DNA of 63,154 bases, filler included, from Reclinomonas americana ATCC 50394 (Eukaryota), in assembly GCA_048213135.1 (NCBI GenBank). It is 24 parts of 24 records of this genome, joined end to end, with 100 filler letters (N's around TTAATTAATTAA, not from the genome) between each part and the next. Parts side by side here need not be neighbours in the genome. Positions count along the whole stretch, not along the records: positions 58,278 to 60,808 come from AFZH01024564.1; positions 60,909 to 63,154 come from AFZH01024568.1; 22 more parts are not named here. The stretch is one strand, 5' to 3'. The position numbers were made by a program, and so were the translations under genes. Positions 58,579-63,154 of this stretch are shown here, in pieces; positions within the stretch are counted from its first letter, which is position 1; every line of letters starts with the position of its first letter. Under the pieces are notes generated by a model. That model did not search any database and was not told where the DNA came from. It saw nothing but the letters and a program-made list of their open reading frames with translations.

Positions 58579-60519
58579 TCAGCGCCGTTCGCGCAGAGGC
58601 AGATCGATCGCCTCGGTCTCGCCCGTCTGCCGCGCGACCGGGATCCGGGTACCGAGCACCTGAGAGACGATGTCCTGCGCGATCTTCGAGGGGGTCAGCC
58701 CCGCATCTGTGAGGATCTGATCGCGTGAGGCATGGTCGATGAACTCGTCCGGAAGGCCCAGTTCGTCGACGGCGGTGTCGATGCCGGCCTCGCGGAGCAC
58801 CTGGCGCACGCGCGTTCCGATGCCGCCGACGCGGATGCCGTCTTCGAGCGTGATCACCAGTCGGTGCTGCCCGGCGAGCTTCACGACGGAGGGCTGCACG
58901 GGGATCGCCCACCGCGGATCGATGACCGTCGCGCCGATCCCCTGAGCGCGGAGACGGTCGGCGACGTCCATGGCCAGGGCGGCGAACGGTCCGATCGCGA
59001 CGATCAGCACGTCTTCGGACTCGCCGCGGGCGAGCACATCGACGCCGTCCTCCAGACGTTCGATGGCCGGCAGGTCGGCCGCGACCTCTCCCTTGGGGAA
59101 CCGGATCACGGTCGGTGCGTCGTCGACGTCGACCGCCTCGGCGAGGGCCTCGGTGAGGCGCGCAGCATCCCGAGGCGCAGCGATCCTGATGTGCGGCACG
59201 ATCTGCAGCATCGCGAGATCCCACATACCGTGGTGGCTGGGGCCATCGGGGCCGGTCACGCCGGCGCGGTCGAGGACGAAGGTGACACCGGCACGGTGCA
59301 AGGCGACGTCCATCAGCACCTGGTCGAAGGCGCGCCCCATGAAGGTCGCATACAGCGCCACGACAGGATGCAGTCCACCGAAGGCCAGGCCGGCGGCTGA
59401 GGCGACGGCGTGCTGCTCGGCGATCCCGACGTCGTAGACCCGATCGGGGAAGCGCTCAGCGAACGGCGCGAGACCCGTCGGCCGGAGCATCGCCGCAGTC
59501 ATGGCGATGACGTCGGTGCGGCGCTCGCCGATCGAGACGAGGGAGTCGGAGAACACATCGGTCCAGCTGCGTCCTCCGGACGACAGTTCCTCGCCGGTGG
59601 CCGGATCTATGCGCCCGACGGCATGGAACTGGTCGGCCTCGTCATCGCGGGCGGGCTGATAGCCGCGGCCCTTCTCGGTGATGGCATGCACGATGACCGG
59701 TGCCCCGTAGGACTTCGCGAGCTCGAGCGTCTCGAGCAGCGCGGGGAGATCGTGCCCGTCCACCGGCCCGAGGTACTTGATGTCGAGATTGGAATACAGG
59801 GCCTCGTTGTTGGTGAAACGCGAGAGGAAGCCGTGCGTGCCGCCGCGCACGCCGCGGAACACCGCACGCCCGACCGGTCCGAAGGCGCGGAACAGGCGAT
59901 CCGACTTGTGGTGCAGCTCCTTGTAGGCCGCGGCCGTGCGCACGCGGTTGAGATACCGCGACATCCCGCCGATCGTCGGGGCATACGAGCGACCGTTGTC
60001 GTTCACGACGATCACGAGGTTGCGGTCGTTGTCATCGGAGATGTTGTTCAACGCCTCCCAGGTCATTCCGCCGGTGAGCGATCCGTCGCCGACGACGGCC
60101 ACCACATGACGATCGGCCCGTCCGGTCGCCGTCAGTGCGCGTGAGACGCCGTCCGCCCAGCTGAGCGAGCTCGAGGCGTGAGAGGACTCGACCACGTCGT
60201 GCGCGCTCTCGCTGCGCTGCGGATAGCCGGCGAGACCGCCGCGGACCCGGAGACCTGAGAAGTCCTGGCGCCCGGTGAGCAGCTTGTGCACGTACGACTG
60301 GTGCCCCGTGTCGAAGATGAAGGGATCGTCCGGGGAGGAGAACACGCGATGCAGCGCGATCGTCAGCTCGACCACACCGAGGTTCGGGCCGAGGTGGCCG
60401 CCGGTGCGGGAGACGTTCTCGACGAGGAACGTGCGGATCTCCGCAGCGAGCTCGCCCAGCTGTTCGGTGGACAGCGCGTCCAGATCACGGGGTCCTGAGA
60501 TGCTCGGAAGAATGGGCAT
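58579..60519 (-). CDS. dxs: 1-deoxy-D-xylulose-5-phosphate synthase
   Basis: Motifs GGHLGPNLGVVELT, FDTGHQSYVHK, GDGSLTGGM.WEALNN, GIAEQHA, DGPSHHG; GAGGAGG RBS upstream. Confidence 0.98.
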   Translation of the reverse strand: MPILPSISGPRDLDALSTEQLGELAAEIRTFLVENVSRTGGHLGPNLGVVELTIALHRVFSSPDDPFIFDTGHQSYVHKLLTGRQDFSGLRVRGGLAGYPQRSESAHDVVESSHASSSLSWADGVSRALTATGRADRHVVAVVGDGSLTGGMTWEALNNISDDNDRNLVIVVNDNGRSYAPTIGGMSRYLNRVRTAAAYKELHHKSDRLFRAFGPVGRAVFRGVRGGTHGFLSRFTNNEALYSNLDIKYLGPVDGHDLPALLETLELAKSYGAPVIVHAITEKGRGYQPARDDEADQFHAVGRIDPATGEELSSGGRSWTDVFSDSLVSIGERRTDVIAMTAAMLRPTGLAPFAERFPDRVYDVGIAEQHAVASAAGLAFGGLHPVVALYATFMGRAFDQVLMDVALHRAGVTFVLDRAGVTGPDGPSHHGMWDLAMLQIVPHIRIAAPRDAARLTEALAEAVDVDDAPTVIRFPKGEVAADLPAIERLEDGVDVLARGESEDVLIVAIGPFAALAMDVADRLRAQGIGATVIDPRWAIPVQPSVVKLAGQHRLVITLEDGIRVGGIGTRVRQVLREAGIDTAVDELGLPDEFIDHASRDQILTDAGLTPSKIAQDIVSQVLGTRIPVARQTGETEAIDLPLRERR

Positions 60520-60630
60520 CTGCACCTCCTCACAGGCTCTGTCTCTGGCGTCCGACAGGGGCCGGACGTCCCCTCGATCCTACCGCGCCGGGCAGGGAAA
60601 GCTCGGAGAGCGGGCACCCCTTGACATACG

Positions 60631-60666
60631 GAGAGGGGCCCGTGTCCGAAGACGCGGGCCCCTCTC
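60631..60666 (-). terminator. GC-rich hairpin downstream of acnA
   Basis: 16-bp stem with one mismatch and a C(UUCG)G loop, 10 nt after the stop codon. Confidence 0.75.
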
Positions 60667-60675
60667 GGACTGTGC

Positions 60676-60808
60676 TCAGACGAGCGAGCGCAGCACGTAC
60701 TGCAGAATGCCGCCGTTGCGGTAGTAGTCCGCCTCACCGGGGGTGTCGATGCGGACGACCGCATCGAACTCGACCGCCTGCTTCCCCTCGGGCGAGTTCT
60801 CGCTCGGA
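60676..60808 (-). CDS. acnA: Aconitate hydratase, 3' end
   Basis: [32 protein letters not shown]. Confidence 0.95.
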
Positions 60809-60908
60809 NNNNNNNNNNNNNNNNNNNNNNNNNNNNNNNNNNNNNNNNNNNNTTAATTAATTAANNNNNNNNNNNNNNNNNNNNNNNNNNNNNNNNNNNN
60901 NNNNNNNN

Positions 60909-61377
60909 GAGCCGCTTTGTCGTTATCGACAAGAGCGTGGCGTCGGTGTACTACGGACCGACGTTTGGTGACATGCCACTGCGGACAAGTTGCGTTTTGA
61001 TAAGACAGAGAAAGAGCAGAGGATGCGCGCAAGGGAAGGGTGACTCATGCTGAGTGCCGGCAGGTCAATTGCTGGTCAACGCTGTCGAGAGAAACTTTGA
61101 TACTTCGGCGGCGCTACACGATGCCCTGGTCAATGCGATGGGCGAAAAGGCAGCAGCGAAACTCAAGCGGAGTGTGACGTCTCTGGCCTATGCGATTCGT
61201 GATCGCAAGCCGCCGACCGGCTACGTGTCGGCGAATCATCTGTGTCAGGTGCTCCAGAGTGACAACGACAAGTCTTGTCGCCGGATCGCTGACGCGCTGC
61301 GACGCAGCAGCAGTAACAGCAGCAGCAGTGGTGTCAGGGACTTGCCGTCTCTGTTCAACTTCGTCTTTCGTTTCTAA
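60909..61377 (+). CDS. Hypothetical eukaryotic protein, last exons
   Basis: Open exon after CAG at about 61063 ending at a stop; no family recognised. Confidence 0.4.
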
Positions 61378-61487
61378 CAGAGCGTGAAGACACATGAGTC
61401 TGCAAATGTTGCGAGTGTATTGCATAACAGAACACAAAGATATCGCGAGCATTCGCTTCCCTCCACAGTTACACATACATGATCACA

Positions 61488-62300
61488 CTAGTACTTTAGC
61501 AATCTATACAGCGAGCTTGCGAAACAAAAGAGAGAGAACACAAAGAAAAAGAAAAAGAAGATGCGCGGACCCCGAATGAACCTTTTCCGCCACGCCGGCG
61601 TGTACAAGTTGACCTTGAACGTCACACTCACTCCCTGACGCAGGGCGGCGCGCAGACCCGCAAAGTACTGGCGCGTTTGAACCGTGGCCTCCAGCACGTC
61701 CTCTCGCATATGCTCAAAGTCGAACGCGTACACCGTGTTGAGGAAGCCGCCAAAAAGTGAGTTGCAGAAATGGTCCGGCACCTCCACCGACAGTCGCAGG
61801 TCTTCCAGTGCGTGTCGCGAGAAGGTGATGCAGATGGCGAAAAAGGTGGCGTACAACGCAACGCAGCCGAACACAATGGGAATCACGTATCGTGGCCCAT
61901 CGATCGGACCGGCGCTGTTGGGGTTGACATAGAGAGCGACGTAGTAGGCGGTGCCGACGAGGGAGAGGGCAAAGACGAGCAAGGTGAACAGAGCTTCGAG
62001 CAGACGGAGCAGGGTGTAGCACGTCCACGACCACTTGAGAGTCACTGTGCTCAATCGAGGCGCCGCCGGCCAGCCGAGCTGCCGGCGCTCCTCGGCCGAG
62101 AACCGATTCTCCATCGATCGAATCAAGTTGATGGCGTACGAGTGGCGGCAGCGCACCTCCCAGAAGGAGATGTTCACGGGCTTGCCCACGTCGGTGATTT
62201 CGAGGCCGCCGGCTTCGCGGGTTTGGTGGCGCACGGCGGCCGCACCGGACACCTCCGACGAGGTGGAGAGGAGCGGGCGTCCAAGTGGGTGACTGGTCAT
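61488..62300 (-). CDS. Hypothetical two-TM membrane protein (ends uncertain)
   Basis: Long exon with two hydrophobic helices (LEALFTLLVFALSLVGTAYYVAL; VIPIVFGCVALYATFFAICITF). Confidence 0.6.
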   Translation of the reverse strand: MTSHPLGRPLLSTSSEVSGAAAVRHQTREAGGLEITDVGKPVNISFWEVRCRHSYAINLIRSMENRFSAEERRQLGWPAAPRLSTVTLKWSWTCYTLLRLLEALFTLLVFALSLVGTAYYVALYVNPNSAGPIDGPRYVIPIVFGCVALYATFFAICITFSRHALEDLRLSVEVPDHFCNSLFGGFLNTVYAFDFEHMREDVLEATVQTRQYFAGLRAALRQGVSVTFKVNLYTPAWRKRFIRGPRIFFFFFFVFSLFCFASSLYRLLKY

Positions 62301-62400
62301 GTCTGCGAGACAGAGAAAGGGAGGGGGGGACGGGATTTGCAAGAATGTGTGTTCGGAAGTAAATGCCCAATATATAACTTAAAAAACAGCCGCAGCGAGC

Positions 62401-62437
<37 letters not shown>

Positions 62438-62565
62438 TAGATAGATAGAGACGCTGATGGATGTTGCTGCTGTGGCACGGCATGAACGCCATGATGAAGT
62501 GCATGCGTGCCGAGGCGGATCAGGACGAACACACACGTTTTTTGTGTGTGCGGAAACAGCAGGGA

Positions 62566-62598
<33 letters not shown>

Positions 62599-62842
62599 GA
62601 GGGAGAGAGAGAGAGAGAGTGAACACAAAGATGTTCTCTTCCGCTCACCTTTGGGAGAAAATGCCTTGATACAGCCTCGGAGGACACGTACTTCCCGTCT
62701 TGTCCGCTGCGCTCCGACAAGAGGAGCCTGTTGTCCACATGGTTACGCTCTGTCCGGACCGGGGTCACACACTCCGACTCCCACAGGCGCAGATAAACTA
62801 GCATATATTTCACAGCATGCTGTACATAAACAACGACTGCTC

Positions 62843-63085
62843 TTACTTCTTCTTCTTCTTCTTGCCCTTGCCACCCTTCTTGCCTTTCTTGCCCTTCTTG
62901 CCCTTCTTCTTCTTACCGCCGCCACCGCCGGCCGCGCCAGCCGCCTTCATGGGTCCGGGAGCCACGTACTCGGGCACAAACTCGCTCAGCGCCAGACGTC
63001 GGCTCTTGTCCAGGTTGCGCTCCACGGCCATGGTGCGCGGGTGGTAGGGGCCGAGCTCGTACTTGAGGATCTCCTCGGCGATCCT
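62843..63085 (-). CDS. Last exon of a TPR-like protein with a Lys/Gly-rich tail
   Basis: LGPYHPRT..V..NL (kinesin-light-chain-type TPR pattern), then GKKKKGKKGKKGKKGGKGKKKKK*. Confidence 0.55.
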   Translation of the reverse strand, partial: RIAEEILKYELGPYHPRTMAVERNLDKSRRLALSEFVPEYVAPGPMKAAGAAGGGGGKKKKGKKGKKGKKGGKGKKKKKK

Positions 63086-63154
63086 GTAAGGGGGGAGAAG
63101 GGAGGGCGGGGGGGGGGGGAGGGGAGGGTGGAGGAGGGGAGGGGTGGAGGGAGG

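Overview
This is not one locus. It is 24 short contigs joined by 100-nt artificial linkers (N44-TTAATTAATTAA-N44). About 18 contigs come from a GC-rich, intron- and microsatellite-rich microbial eukaryote. They carry a DIRS-type tyrosine-recombinase retrotransposon, GST kappa, Miro GTPase, beta-adaptin, a TSET sigma-like (TSPOON/LOLITA-like) gene, NOC3, a giant Cys/Ig-like repeat surface protein, a GT48 beta-1,3-glucan synthase, dynamitin, eL6, a GH65 glycosidase and an L-type lectin. Six intronless contigs are bacterial: three look alphaproteobacterial (hydratase/EamA, wzc-wza-GT4, LysR/SHMT) and three actinobacterial (sugar ABC permeases, vWA protein, dxs/acnA). The most striking object is a type II membrane protein at 36742-39587. 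It has an intact-looking Nup98-type autoprotease domain (HF|S) inserted between phage-tail-fibre-like repeats, with no FG repeats and no Nup96. All family assignments come from motif recognition by eye; no searches were run, and exon models were assembled by hand.
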